Notes under the pieces: model-generated
Told to the model about the DNA's origin: nothing
Seen by the model: the letters and a program-made list of their open reading frames with translations, nothing else
The model's database searches: none
From: Ginglymostoma cirratum
Taxonomy: Eukaryota
Direction of reading: 5' to 3'
Assembly (NCBI GenBank): GCA_024137785.1
Contig: JAHRHZ010000271.1
Coordinates: 25,342,554-25,406,553, forward strand
DNA length: 64,000 nucleotides
Position numbers and translations under genes: made by a program
In this document: in pieces, positions 62,590 to 64,000 of the stretch
How the letters are laid out: each line of letters opens with the position of its first letter
How positions within the stretch are numbered: position 1 is the stretch's first letter

Positions 62590-64000
62590 GTTGAATAAAT
62601 GACAGCTTCCAATTGTCCATTACATGGAAACTGATAAAGAATCTGCTATGTTGATTAAATGCTAATTGTGTGGTTTAGGTGTAATCAAGTACAGGAGCCA
62701 TAACCCATTAGAGAAGCAAAAGCTGCAGCATGAAATTTTAGTAAAAACCAATAAGATAAAGCCATCTATGTCATCATTTTGTTGTGGATACTATCTGAAA
62801 CTTTTTTTTCCAATACAGGGGGATGAAGTTTTGTTTTGATGTGGATTAAAGATCAAGAATATAATTCATTAATTTTTCAGAAAACGTTAAATATTTTGTA
62901 TAATTACTTCAATTGATTGCTAACTGGCCAATTAGTTTTTCAGTTATAAGAGAATACAATGAAAGATGAATTAATAAGTTCACAATACCTTAATGCTTAA
63001 ATCAGGATTTATATAATGTTCATAAACTAAAAACAACCGATTGGCAAATAGTTGAATTATGTGCTATTTAAGCATTTATTCAGCAACTACATCCGCCCTT
63101 ATTTTAACAACTTCAGAAACATGACATGGTCTCTTCATCTTTCATCATTTTGTAGAATTTCAGGAGTGTGCAACTCTTTACCTTCCCAAATTTTTTGTTT
63201 ATTTTGCACAAGCTGGTGTTTTATTACTTGATGTTACTCGGTTGCTGCTGCTGATTTAGTCCATTTTCAGTTTGATGCTAAAATCAAAGAGATAATTTGG
63301 GAATGTTTTATGTCTGGATCAGAAATACCTATGCAATGGGAAATAGTTTGATCAACAGTAATTCATTGCTTTGATAAGATTGGCTTAATTCAGAACTGAA
63401 TGCCGACAGTCAGAGAGTCTTGTGATTGACAGTACCTGGCAATCAATCAAAACACAAATGTGTGATTGACAGTCTATTCAACCAAGCTTTAACATGTCAG
63501 TCATTGTTAAGAGTGTTTTAAGTATCAGAGAGACAGTTAAGCTTTTCATTTCTATGTGAGATTAGACACTGTCTCTTTTCTCATCATAGGTTTTGTTATT
63601 GTCAGACATTTCCTTCTCAGCAATGAGATTTGTAGATATGATTGCTTATTTCTTGTGTTTGTGCTCTTCTGATCACAGATGATGTCCTTCTGACTGATCA
63701 GTCAACAGTAGCTCTCTTTATATTTTACTTTGCTAAATCAAAATCTAAGGGGAGAAAAAATGTAATAGGTTAAAATTCAGATTTAAACCTGGTTGGAGAA
63801 TTGAATGAGGTGCTTGAGACTTTGTGGAAGGTGACAAAGCAGAGGAATTTATAGAAGAATGGTCCAAAGTTGGGCTGAGATAGGGAAGCTCTGCCAACAG
63901 GAGGAAGGGAGAGGGGGATGCAGTGAAAACACACAATCAGAAGATCTCAGGGAATTATGGAGAGGGACACCAAAGTAAAATACAAAGATAGATTAAAATC

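Overview
Eukaryotic, AT-rich, non-coding-dominated DNA from a cartilaginous fish. This is inferred from HE1-type and SacSINE1/Deu-type SINEs, shark-type CR1 LINEs and Penelope-type termini. The only host coding sequence I can support is one 201-nt phase-0/0 exon of a class A plexin, best matching PLXNA2 (62038-62238, + strand). Bases 1-62037 appear to be one very large intron. It contains many CR1/L2 fragments, a Gypsy gag fossil, a Harbinger transposase fossil, SINEs, two tandem TA-flanked MITEs, and short Penelope-like insertions with target-site duplications and minimal hammerhead-ribozyme motifs. The most unusual signal is that much of the DNA between recognisable TEs consists of degenerate palindromes of about 0.15-1.6 kb (about 20, found by eye), some lying end to end and some flanking the exon. 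All alignments were made by eye, and repeat boundaries are approximate.
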